A stretch of 64,000 bases of DNA from Candidatus Bathyarchaeia archaeon (GCA_049513715.1 JBEKVV010000001.1:448001-512000); one strand, 5' to 3'. Counted from the first letter of the stretch, positions 38,439-47,762 are shown. The notes: generated by a model not told the origin, from the letters alone. Program-made: numbers and translations.

Positions 38439-40205
38439 CTAGTCTTTCGTAGCGGTGCGACGACGCATTGCAGTGTAGCCGATTGCTGCGATTGCGATAA
38501 TGATGGCAACTGCTGCTACAATCCAAGGCGTATTGTCTGGAGCTGAAGCCGCGGTTGTCGTGCCAGTGGTCATAGTCACTTGCGGTGGCGTAATCAAGCG
38601 GACTGAAAGCCAGCTCCAAATGTTGATTTCCGATAGTACGCCTTCAGTCATGGAAATGAACCCTGTGAATTTGTCGATTCTGTAAGCAGCGATGTTCCTC
38701 ATGTTGTAGATCGGAATCTCAGGCGACTCCTGTTGAATGAGGTCTTGCATCTGCCATACGATTGCCTTACGTTGGTCAGGATCTAGTGTGTAGCGCTGTT
38801 TTTGGTAGAGTTGATCGTAGGTAGAGTTCGACCAGCCGCTAGCACTCCATTGCGCTCTCACGGAATCAGTTGTTAGCACCCAAAGCCGCCTGTCCCAGTC
38901 AGGCCCAATGCTCCATCCCCAGAGGTATATGTCATACCTCCAGACAGGATAGTTGTAGGCGATTATTGTATCTCCATCCATGGCTTGCACGTTTAGTTTG
39001 ATACCGATTTGAGCGAACCACTGTTGAATTTGACTTGCAGCCCTCATCTCCTCAGGCCACCTGTTCAGAACCCAGTAGTTGAATTCGAGCCTGACCCCTT
39101 TCGAGTTGGATCTGACTCCAGTGTGTTGCGGATCAGTGTAACCAGCGGCTTCGAGAATCTGAGCAGCGGTCGTCAGGTTGAATGGGTATGGTTGAACATT
39201 CGGGTTGTGCCAAATTCCGTATGCGGGTGGGAGGAATGATACCGCTGGATCGGCCAATCCGAGTTGAACTGTTTGGGCCAGGAGATCCCTGTCGATCGCG
39301 TACGACATCGCTCGCCTTACACGAGCGTCTCTGAGAGCCACGTTGCCAGTACCATTGATGTTGTCATTCGGCGTGAAGATGCGGGTCCAGAAGTCAGGTG
39401 AAGTGGTGACTTTAATGTTAGGATCGCTGGTCAGAGAACTTGCACTGAGCGCTGGAACTTCGCGCGCGACAACATCAATCTCACCCGTCTTCAGAGCCGC
39501 CAGCATCGTATCGTAGTCCTTGAAAAGGGTGAAAACTATTTCATCTAGGTATGGTCGTCCGTGCCAGTAGTTTGGATTTGCTTTTAGACTAAGGAACTCG
39601 CCTCTCTTCCACTGGTCAAATAAGAATGGACCAGATCCGACACATGGAACGTTGTCGAATTTGAGAATCTGGTCAGGCGTGATCTTTTCCCAAATATGCT
39701 TTGGCAACACTGGAAAACCGCTATAGGCAAGAGTCCCATCAAAACCGGCAGAAAGCGGACTCTTTCTCGTAATAACCACAGTGTAATTGTCCGGAGTATT
39801 CACAGATTGAACGGATTCCACGTATGACGCGGCAGACCCTATGTTGTTTGCAATGGCAAAGTCGTAAGTGAATTTCACATCCGCAGCCGTCAGTGGAACG
39901 CCATCGCTCCACGTTGCGTTTTTGACCAGGTGAAATGTCCAAGTTGAACCGTCTGGCGAGACATCCCAAGACGACGCGAGCCAAGGAACTATGTTCATGT
40001 TTTGATCATATTTGCCGAGAGTGTCATATGTCAATGAGAGAACATAGATAGATTCGTCCAATACCGTCACGAATGGGTTCAGGGTATCTCCCTCTGTTAC
40101 CCATCCTACTTTCAGAGTTCCACCATACGGTGTCGTAGGTGCCTGTGCATTTACTGGAACTAGGACTAGAACGCTAAGAAACAAAGCGAGAAAAGCTATT
40201 CTCAT
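38439..40205 (-). CDS. peptide ABC transporter substrate-binding protein with C-terminal TM anchor
   Basis: Signal peptide, PWLASSW, WSDGVPLTAADV, GSGPF; Thr-rich linker + TM + RRR. Confidence 0.95.
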   Translation of the reverse strand: MRIAFLALFLSVLVLVPVNAQAPTTPYGGTLKVGWVTEGDTLNPFVTVLDESIYVLSLTYDTLGKYDQNMNIVPWLASSWDVSPDGSTWTFHLVKNATWSDGVPLTAADVKFTYDFAIANNIGSAASYVESVQSVNTPDNYTVVITRKSPLSAGFDGTLAYSGFPVLPKHIWEKITPDQILKFDNVPCVGSGPFLFDQWKRGEFLSLKANPNYWHGRPYLDEIVFTLFKDYDTMLAALKTGEIDVVAREVPALSASSLTSDPNIKVTTSPDFWTRIFTPNDNINGTGNVALRDARVRRAMSYAIDRDLLAQTVQLGLADPAVSFLPPAYGIWHNPNVQPYPFNLTTAAQILEAAGYTDPQHTGVRSNSKGVRLEFNYWVLNRWPEEMRAASQIQQWFAQIGIKLNVQAMDGDTIIAYNYPVWRYDIYLWGWSIGPDWDRRLWVLTTDSVRAQWSASGWSNSTYDQLYQKQRYTLDPDQRKAIVWQMQDLIQQESPEIPIYNMRNIAAYRIDKFTGFISMTEGVLSEINIWSWLSVRLITPPQVTMTTGTTTAASAPDNTPWIVAAVAIIIAIAAIGYTAMRRRTATKD

Positions 40206-40439
40206 AGCCGCAAATTGAGGGTACCCTATATTTAAAACTGCAGACTAGCCATGAAAAACTAATTCTTCCCAGCCTCAACTCCTTTCCTAATTCTGATCAT
40301 TGCTTATCTTCGAAGTAGTACTGGCTTCTAGAGTCTCGGAGGTAGGCTTAAGTTGACTGGGCGTTTTGGCGTTCATTTCGTAGAATCTTCACAAGGATCT
40401 CAGGCCACGTGGCCTTCAAAGCATCTGACACAGAAGGGG

Positions 40440-40717
40440 CTAGTTGGCGGCACTCTTAGGTTTCCGGAGGGCAATCCCAAGCCAGACCAGACCCGCGATT
40501 GCTATTATCACAGCTATTATTGTTAGGGCATTGGTCAAGCCGAAGGGGTTTCCGCCCGCGAACTGGCGGCCTCCCGTGAAGTTTCCCGTGAAGTTTCCGT
40601 TGAAGTTTCCATTCGGACGAAACATCTGCCGGACGAATAAGGCGCGTACTGCTTCTAAATAGCGGAAACCGCCATAAGGGCGACACCAACCACTGTGACA
40701 AAGTACGAATATTTCAC
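40440..40717 (-). pseudogene. small membrane protein with GNF(N/T) repeats, frameshifted
   Basis: MKYSYFVTVVGVALMAVSAI joins LEAVRALFVRQMFRPNGNF... if one T is restored near 40658; 12-bp repeats at ~40577-40612. Confidence 0.6.
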
Positions 40718-41011
40718 TTGTTCTTTAGCGTCCAATTAACTACACCCTGTAGTTGCCGCAGTCTTCAGGCCGATATATAATGAATATGGATGAATCATCC
40801 AAGCAGTCAGAAGACAATCCTAGATGAGCGAATTGATTGTAACGTTACTGTTTGGTGATCTGTCAAGTCAATGATAGACTTCACACTTTCTAGCCGGAGT
40901 CAATGGTAACTATCTGCTTGCTTGAAGGTGCGGCTTATCAATAGCGGCGGCCTTGGGGACAGCCCGGATTATTTGCGGTACCTAACACGCGCTTACTGGG
41001 ATAGCAGGAGA

Positions 41012-41200
41012 CTAAGAGACGAAGATCTCTGCTTTGCTCCCTTCATTTTGGATGTCTTCCTGAGTTCGCTTCAGTCTCTCAACAGACCGTCCAACCAGCG
41101 CGACTTGGCCGCCGTTAATTGCTATGCTTCCCGCTATCTCTCCCAATCCCAGTGCCAGCTCAGGTAACGACAGCGTTCTTCTCTTCCATCCCCGAACCCT
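41012..41200 (-). pseudogene. short-chain dehydrogenase N-terminal remnant
   Basis: KNAVVT*AGTGIGR, then a frameshift to IA...GGQVALVGRSVERL. Confidence 0.7.
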
Positions 41201-41240
41201 TCTACACATTTCTGTGAGAATCAGTTACAGGATTCCCCAA

Positions 41241-42620
41241 TTAGGCGGGTATCCTGAATTTTGGCTCAGGCAATTCTATTGTTTCCGGGAATGGCTCGCC
41301 GAATGGCTTTGTTGCATCAATGGCCATTCCAGACACTACGCAATCTTCTTTGGCTGAGGGATCAGCAGGGCCTCCAGCAACTCTTGGAAAAACGTAGACA
41401 TCCGTGTCCGGCTGGGCCCTAGTTGCTATGGCCCATTCAACCTCAACGGGGTCATAAACATCGATATCCTCATCCACGACAACGACATTCTTTACATCGA
41501 GTCTCGATCCGTACGCGGCCAGCATTACGTTCTTTGCTTGTTCTTTGTAGGTTTGCTTGATTGATATTACAACGTGATTCTGACCAATCCCACCTGATGT
41601 GAAGTGGACAGCCTTCACCGTTGGACATGCCTGTCGAATATAGCGATAGAAACTAGCGTCTACGGGAATTGAGCGTAGGTTGTGGCCTTCGTTTGGTGGT
41701 CTACCTGGATGAATAGCGTGATAGATGGGCTCCTCTCGCGTGGTTATGGCTTTTACAATTATTATTGGGCTGTTGACTCCGGCTCCGTAGTATCCAGACA
41801 TCTCGCCAAAAGGCCCTTCCATTTCCCTTACGTTTGGAGGAACTTCGCCTTCGATGACTATTTCAGCTGTGGCCGGCACCTCGATATCAACCGTCCTGCA
41901 TCTGACAAGCTCTACAGGTTTTCCTCGTAATCCACCGGCGACCGCTAGCTCGTCTCCGTAAATTCCCTTAATCGGAACCGTTTGAGATGCTATTGGGATA
42001 ATCGGATCCGTTCCTATTACTATGGCGACTTCGAGAGGCCTACCCATCGACTCCGACCTTTGGTAATATGCGCCTAAATGTCGACCGGCGTCGATGACGA
42101 GCGCCAGTTTATTCTTTCCCTTGACCATGCATCGATGGATAGATACGTTTCTCCCATATTCGGGGTCTTTGGCTATCACGATACTCGTTACATATGGTCC
42201 ACCATCTTTGGGCGCATGAGTTAGAATGGGGAGCTTGGCCAAATCAACTTCCTCTCCCAACCAGACAACCTCTTGACAGGGCCCCTTACTCACTATTGTA
42301 GGATGGACTTCATTTTCCATTCCATGAAGAAAGTCTTTAGGAGCGCTCTCTTTGGTTGTCCCTAAAATCGAAAGCACTCTCTCTTCAGTAGCATAGACCC
42401 CTCCCACAACGGGTATTCTGTGGCCTCTAACGTTCTTAAAGTAAAGAGCTGGCCCTCCTATCTTGCAGGTTTTCTGGAGCCCTGCTGAAATCTCACATTT
42501 TACATCTACTTCTTCTCGTATTGTCGCCATTTCTTTTTTTTCTTCAAGGTAATTCAAGAATGCTCTCAGATCGTCCCACAAAGGAATTAACTCATCTATG
42601 AGGAAACACCGCATCTTCAT
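41241..42620 (-). CDS. UbiD-family prFMN-dependent decarboxylase
   Basis: DLRAFL, DGGPY, EIVIEG, EGPFGEMSGYY, VDEDIDVYD, IDATKP. Confidence 0.93.
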   Translation of the reverse strand: MKMRCFLIDELIPLWDDLRAFLNYLEEKKEMATIREEVDVKCEISAGLQKTCKIGGPALYFKNVRGHRIPVVGGVYATEERVLSILGTTKESAPKDFLHGMENEVHPTIVSKGPCQEVVWLGEEVDLAKLPILTHAPKDGGPYVTSIVIAKDPEYGRNVSIHRCMVKGKNKLALVIDAGRHLGAYYQRSESMGRPLEVAIVIGTDPIIPIASQTVPIKGIYGDELAVAGGLRGKPVELVRCRTVDIEVPATAEIVIEGEVPPNVREMEGPFGEMSGYYGAGVNSPIIIVKAITTREEPIYHAIHPGRPPNEGHNLRSIPVDASFYRYIRQACPTVKAVHFTSGGIGQNHVVISIKQTYKEQAKNVMLAAYGSRLDVKNVVVVDEDIDVYDPVEVEWAIATRAQPDTDVYVFPRVAGGPADPSAKEDCVVSGMAIDATKPFGEPFPETIELPEPKFRIPA

Positions 42621-42766
42621 AAGGTATCCGGGTCTGGCATCGCATCACATTCGATGGCGCAAGCGTCACAGGTCTGATACCTCTTCTCACGGTATGAGTT
42701 GTCAGGCTGCTTGATCCTCAGAACTGATTCGAAGAACAGTGAACTTCCACACCTAGGACACCGCAT
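42617..42766 (-). CDS. 49-aa zinc-ribbon protein, VdcD/BsdD-like, coupled to ubiD (not in ORF track)
   Basis: MRCPRCGS...YQTCDAC; its TGA overlaps the ubiD ATG (ATGA). Confidence 0.55.
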   Translation of the reverse strand: MRCPRCGSSLFFESVLRIKQPDNSYREKRYQTCDACAIECDAMPDPDTL

Positions 42767-42984
42767 CAACCATCACGGGCAGGTCAGTCCCGACCTCGCT
42801 GCTTAAGCAAGGAAGCTGAATGAAACTCAACCGTCAGAGAAGAATGAAACTGAACAGCCAGCCTCAGACAAGGATTGTTCAGCGTAGAATTGTGGAATCC
42901 AGAGAGTGCTCTACAGTAGGTAAATGTAACATTATCGTCGAAAAGGGGCTTTTCGCCTTAATTCATTGATTGTGTGTGTTTTGA

Positions 42985-43225
42985 GACAAAATCGTTGAGG
43001 TGAAAGTTACTCTTTTCCTGGGTTTCGCAGATCAGTTCTGCTTGGAATTTTGCTAAGTCACATTTCCGCATCTAATCAGGGAACGGAGCGTGAAATAACA
43101 CGGTTAGCAGAGGTGTTCTTCTAGGAAAAAGATGACCTATGCGGGGCGTTAAATCAAGCCTCACTCACTTTCTATGCCGATTTTTCGTCATGTCTGAGCG
43201 CTTGTTGCTTCAGCAAAGCACTCAG
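42985..43225. other. highly structured non-coding element
   Basis: At least seven nested or adjacent inverted-repeat pairs. Confidence 0.6.
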
Positions 43226-43343
43226 CCGCCAGCGTAATCCTCGAGACTCGCATTCGACAGCGTGGAACCAGGGCCGCAGCGATCCAAGTCACCGTTCACA
43301 TTAGCCAATCAGCTAACCCAAGCTAGGAATGCCGCTGGTAAGT

Positions 43344-43482
43344 TGTCCGACAGCCACTGTATAGCAACCCTACGGCTGAATTGTCCGACACGGAACCTCT
43401 CGGCTCATGGAATGTCGGACAGTGTCATACACTTGTCGGACACTTGTCATACAATTGTCGAACAGTTATCGAACAGTGTCGA
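43344..43482. repeat. iteron-like array of TGTC(N2)ACA motifs
   Basis: Nine copies, seven spaced at 10-11 bp. Confidence 0.85.
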
Positions 43483-43592
43483 TTGCTTGTCTTCATGTTT
43501 CTTGGGTTTCAATTGAACACTAGCGGTGGACATAGTGCTCGCGAAGTTTGGGCGATTTGTAGAATAAAGAATCAGACACAGGCGACCGAATT

Positions 43593-44951
43593 TTGGGTAA
43601 GCTGTTTCTGTCGATAAGTTACGGGAAGGATGATGAATGGTTAGTGGAGGTCATTAGAAGCGAGTTTGGCGTTCATGGTATTGAGTGCGTCATAGCCCAA
43701 GAGATCTCTAAGACTCCCCCGCTACCGGTTATACTGAACAAAATACAAGCATCAAACGGTTTTCTAGCGGTGATCACTTCCAACGAGAGCGACTGGATTC
43801 AGAACGAGATTGGTATGGCCTATGCAGCATATGGAGACAGAAAACCGATTTACGGCTTAGTTGAAGAAGCAGTGCCTAAAGTCGGGGGAATTCTTCCCCT
43901 CGTGTGCAAGTACCATCGGTTTTCCAAATCAAATACTGTCGAGTTGCGGAAGCTGCTTGTTGAAATCGCAAGGGAATTTACACCGGAGGCTGCTGTTCAA
44001 ACGCACGGCGTTGTTGCGGTTTCTCCACAGCCTTGGCCTTATCGGGCTACTCAAGACTCAAGGTACCCCGTTGGGGAAGGAACGGAAATTCTAACATCAA
44101 CGGACGACCACCAGAATACAGTCAGAGTATTGGTGGCAGTAAGGCCTCATGAGGTTCTTCACGGGGATGAGGTTGTGACGGTCTACATCCCGCCGCAGTT
44201 TGACCTGACATCACCTCTGAACAATCCTTCTGAAGAGATCCACACAGATTTGCCAGCTTCTGCGGGTGACATAATGATTACAGTGAACCCTGACGAGGAT
44301 CCCAATTATCCAGGATTCTGGGTTGTGAAGGCCACGCTCAGATTCCCCGAGGCTCAGTCTTCGTTGAAAGGGGGATGGTTCAGCTTCAGGCTTTCGCAAG
44401 TCGTCGCTCCTAAGGTGGCGGGCACATACCGGTTCTACGGCAGAGATGAGATACTGGTCGTCGGGGTTACGCCTACACCGTCTCAGTTTGACTTCCACCC
44501 TATCTATGTCAAGGGTGAGTACGTGACTTGGAGTCTGTCAGGGATATTATTCCTCTCGAAAGACAAACCGTTGACACTGCCGGCTGTTGTCTGGGCAACT
44601 GGTACCGCAGCGGTTCCATCGACGCATCAGTCAACTGGCAGGAAGGTCACATCGGTTTGCTATGTAACTTCCAGGGAGAAGGGCCATTATGCTCTAGACC
44701 TCGCTCCAGGTGTCTATGACCTGTATGGTGGCGCGCTTGGCTATTCCCAATTTCTCATCGCGTCAGAACTGTCGATGTTCGAGCCTAGGGAATTGAACGG
44801 ATTTGTTCTCCATTCGCTATCCCGGGCTGATGTTTCCCTTCAGGCGAGGGAAACGATAAGGAAATGTCATTACTGCGGCGCAGAATTCTCACCGACCGAC
44901 ATAATCTGCGGGAAATGCGGCACGCCCGCTACAGACCTCGAAACTCACTGA
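43593..44951 (+). CDS. TIR domain + beta-sandwich (surface-protein-like) region + C-terminal zinc ribbon
   Basis: LFLSISY...D, SDWIQNEIGMA (TIR catalytic Glu context); CHYC...CGKC. Confidence 0.75.
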   Translation: MGKLFLSISYGKDDEWLVEVIRSEFGVHGIECVIAQEISKTPPLPVILNKIQASNGFLAVITSNESDWIQNEIGMAYAAYGDRKPIYGLVEEAVPKVGGILPLVCKYHRFSKSNTVELRKLLVEIAREFTPEAAVQTHGVVAVSPQPWPYRATQDSRYPVGEGTEILTSTDDHQNTVRVLVAVRPHEVLHGDEVVTVYIPPQFDLTSPLNNPSEEIHTDLPASAGDIMITVNPDEDPNYPGFWVVKATLRFPEAQSSLKGGWFSFRLSQVVAPKVAGTYRFYGRDEILVVGVTPTPSQFDFHPIYVKGEYVTWSLSGILFLSKDKPLTLPAVVWATGTAAVPSTHQSTGRKVTSVCYVTSREKGHYALDLAPGVYDLYGGALGYSQFLIASELSMFEPRELNGFVLHSLSRADVSLQARETIRKCHYCGAEFSPTDIICGKCGTPATDLETH

Positions 44952-45169
44952 CAGGTACCAACGGAATCCTAAGACGGCCAGAGCTAACCCAAAACTAGCC
45001 CAGACGGAATATTCCTTGCCAGAGACTCACATAAGACATGGTTTGGTTTTCCCGGCTCTAGGCTCAAACCAACTGACATTACACTAGAGACCCTAACCTT
45101 CTAACAATACTGCTTTTTTCCATCGGATTTCTGGCCCGCTTTTAATACCTTGCGAAGTATGAGAAGTAA

Positions 45170-45445
45170 GTGAAAGACATGGCGAAGCGGATACGACTTC
45201 TTGACGAAGAAGATCCCGCAATCAGAATCGTCGGATTCGTCGGCGGGTCTAAGTCCATCACCATTCCGACGGAGTGGTGCGGCGACCTCGGCATCGCGCA
45301 GGGGGACTATGTCGTCCTGTGGCGAGGAGTCTACGAGGGCACAAAGCACGGGTCAGTTGTGGTTATCCAGAAGTTGAACGCGGGGGCCACGCACCGTGAC
45401 GGCCGGCAAACCCAAACCCAAGGGAAGGCTGGGACTAGTGGCTGA
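45170..45445 (+). CDS. AbrB/MazE-family DNA-binding protein
   Basis: GGSKSITIPTEWCGDLGIAQGDYV. Confidence 0.75.
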   Translation: MKDMAKRIRLLDEEDPAIRIVGFVGGSKSITIPTEWCGDLGIAQGDYVVLWRGVYEGTKHGSVVVIQKLNAGATHRDGRQTQTQGKAGTSG

Positions 45446-46304
45446 CCAACGCAAAGTTACAACAAGCCTCGCCACTACCATCTACGATGACCTGAAGTCG
45501 CTGGCCGATGAGCGCGAGCTTTCCGTCGCCGCGATGCTCCGGCAACTGACAGTGATGGGAGTCGCCGAGGAGAAGACGCCTGTGATGCCGCTCGGAATCG
45601 AGGCTGGCTTCGGGCCTCCGCATCTTTACTTCTTCGGCACTACCGGCCAGGGCAAGTCAACCGTCATCGACGAGTACGTGATCCCACGCCTCGGACGCGG
45701 ACGGCGGACGGTTGTCTTGACCGACAGCAGCGACGACATCAGGAAGATCTACCGGGACGCGTTCAAGGTAGTGCTCCTCGCTTCGAGCCGGAAGTTTCCG
45801 TCGTTCGACAACGAACGCTACGAGGAGATTAAGGCACTGCAGGCCGAACCGGAGTTTGAGGCGGAGGTCAGCAGGGCGATTAATGCCGTGGTGGACTCAA
45901 GACATCGGAAGATCATCGTCGCGGTTAATGCGCCTGACAAAAGGGCGAAGAAGTGGCTTGTGAACTCCTTCATAACGGAAATAGTCGGCCGTGACTGGGG
46001 CAACCCCGGACTGCTCTTCGTCGTCGAGGACGCACACAAATACGACTGCGAGGAGCTAGTCGGCAGCGGCCGAAAGAATGGCATAGTGGCCGTCCTCGCG
46101 GGCGTCAAGGAACCCGATGAAGACACCTCGCGGAACACTCGCCTCGTCCTCGGCCCGGTCGGAACCGCCACGGCGACCCGAATCGACCCGACAATCGTGG
46201 CGATATCGAAGCGGCTCGGACGAGGAGAATTCCTCTGGCAGTACTCGGCCGGACGCTGGGCAAGGTTCCGGCACGAGAAGCGGAGGGAGGCGAGGAAGCG
46301 GTGA
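45396..46304 (+). CDS. RHH domain + FtsK/HerA-superfamily P-loop ATPase
   Basis: N-terminal RHH (LKSLADERELSVAAMLRQL); GTTGQGKS, LFVVEDAH, GRKNGI. Confidence 0.75.
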   Translation: MTAGKPKPKGRLGLVADQRKVTTSLATTIYDDLKSLADERELSVAAMLRQLTVMGVAEEKTPVMPLGIEAGFGPPHLYFFGTTGQGKSTVIDEYVIPRLGRGRRTVVLTDSSDDIRKIYRDAFKVVLLASSRKFPSFDNERYEEIKALQAEPEFEAEVSRAINAVVDSRHRKIIVAVNAPDKRAKKWLVNSFITEIVGRDWGNPGLLFVVEDAHKYDCEELVGSGRKNGIVAVLAGVKEPDEDTSRNTRLVLGPVGTATATRIDPTIVAISKRLGRGEFLWQYSAGRWARFRHEKRREARKR

Positions 46305-46347
46305 CGGGATTCTTGGTCGCCGACTGTCCGAGCTTCGTAATGCACCC

Positions 46348-46478
46348 GGTTCTGTTAACTTGGCTGGGGTGCCGAGCATTTTCTTGCCCATTGTTAACCG
46401 CTTAGGGGGTTCTGTTCTGGTTCTGCTAACTTGAGTGGGTGGCAAAACTGACTTATCTAGATGTTAACTTGTGGGGGG
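46348..46478 (+). repeat. left motif array GGTTCTGYTAACTTG...GGG
   Basis: Copies at 46348, 46419 and 46460, plus a partial at ~46391. Confidence 0.7.
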
Positions 46479-46724
46479 CCACATTTCTGAACAAACCCTC
46501 CGACCAAAAACATTCTATACATCGTGAGTAGAGTAAGAAATCGGTCGAAACATTGTCTGGCAAAGACGATCAAGACTACGCACCAGTAGACGATGCTCTT
46601 ATCAAACTCAGAGAAAAAGAAAAGAAGAAAAAAGTGAATGTAACTGAAAGCGAGTCGGGTCAACAACCAGACCAGAAGTAACTCTTCTGAAATCGAAAAG
46701 CGCAAACTGTTCTACAATTATTCA

Positions 46725-47198
46725 ATGCAGACCAATAGTTGGCTACAAGATTCCAATGAGAGAATTAGCGCGAAATTTTCCAATGTTATTGTGTTGAACT
46801 CAAGTGTGCTTACGATACTATTTGGCTTGGGATATTTCCTATTTCAAAATAGACTGAATCTTAGCAATTATGGGTGGCTTACTGTTGCTCTTCCAATATT
46901 CTTTGCCTTGTGTCTTTTCATTTTCATATTAGCGATTGCAGTGGGCGTATTTTACTATCGACCAGTGGATTTCAACTTCGCCGACCCTATGGTACTTGTT
47001 GACACTCTAAAGGGGGTGCCATACGCGATTACTTTGAGTCGAATAGCGGCTACAATCGCAAAACAGGTTTCCAAAAACCGAGAGGTTGTAAACAAGAGAG
47101 GCGCTCATCTTGAATGGGTTATGACCCTAACAGCTATCGGGTTCTTCTTGATGTTTCTCACAGGGTCTTTGCTAGTCTACCTTTGGATGCTTTCTTGA
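46725..47198 (+). CDS. membrane protein (3 TM)
   Basis: Three TM segments with a soluble loop; AT-rich. Confidence 0.6.
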   Translation: MQTNSWLQDSNERISAKFSNVIVLNSSVLTILFGLGYFLFQNRLNLSNYGWLTVALPIFFALCLFIFILAIAVGVFYYRPVDFNFADPMVLVDTLKGVPYAITLSRIAATIAKQVSKNREVVNKRGAHLEWVMTLTAIGFFLMFLTGSLLVYLWMLS

Positions 47199-47335
47199 TG
47201 AGGCGATTCGCGCCCTCCATTTCAGAAGAGATGGAACGAGCCTTAGAGAAGGAACGCAAGAAGCGGATGCTAGATTCCATCCCAGAAACGGCTAGGGTAA
47301 TCATCAGCGAGTATTTGACTAGGAATTATGGGTAG
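47198..47335 (+). CDS. 45-aa ribbon-helix-helix protein
   Basis: MRRFAPSISEEMERALEKERKKRMLDSIPETARVIISEYL. Confidence 0.65.
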   Translation: MRRFAPSISEEMERALEKERKKRMLDSIPETARVIISEYLTRNYG

Positions 47336-47543
47336 GTGGAACAAGTGGAAGAAGCCTTAGCGGTAGCACAACCACTAATCCAAACCGGAGCACGCATGGA
47401 AATGTGGTGCGGTATAGTTCCTCGAACACGAACAAATACACCTACTGCCTTTTTGTCACTTCCGGTTGCCTGTCTCAGTGACAAAGATGAAATAGGAGTA
47501 CGATGTCAGAGTATTTCTCACTTGATTGGAGGCTTGAAATAAG

Positions 47544-47729
47544 ATGTCTGGTGTAGGAGGAGCTGTATTGGTGCGCGTCATTCCTACTGGAACTGGATCA
47601 AAAAGAATTACCATTCCGAAAACTCTCTTAGAGGATGTGTTAGGCGACAGCGAATATGCTTTGATCGGCAAGGAAGAGGACGGTTTACTGATTCGGCCTG
47701 CCGAAATAAGGGCAGCTAAGAAACGTTAA
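47544..47729 (+). CDS. AbrB-like small protein
   Basis: GSKRITIPKTLLE...GLLIRPA. Confidence 0.65.
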   Translation: MSGVGGAVLVRVIPTGTGSKRITIPKTLLEDVLGDSEYALIGKEEDGLLIRPAEIRAAKKR

Positions 47730-47762
47730 AATAGGACATGGTGTAGTGTCACCGTATCTACG

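Noticed and set aside
43344..43482. CRISPR or coding repeat
   Set aside because: 9-bp degenerate units at 10-11 bp spacing; overlapping ORFs look spurious
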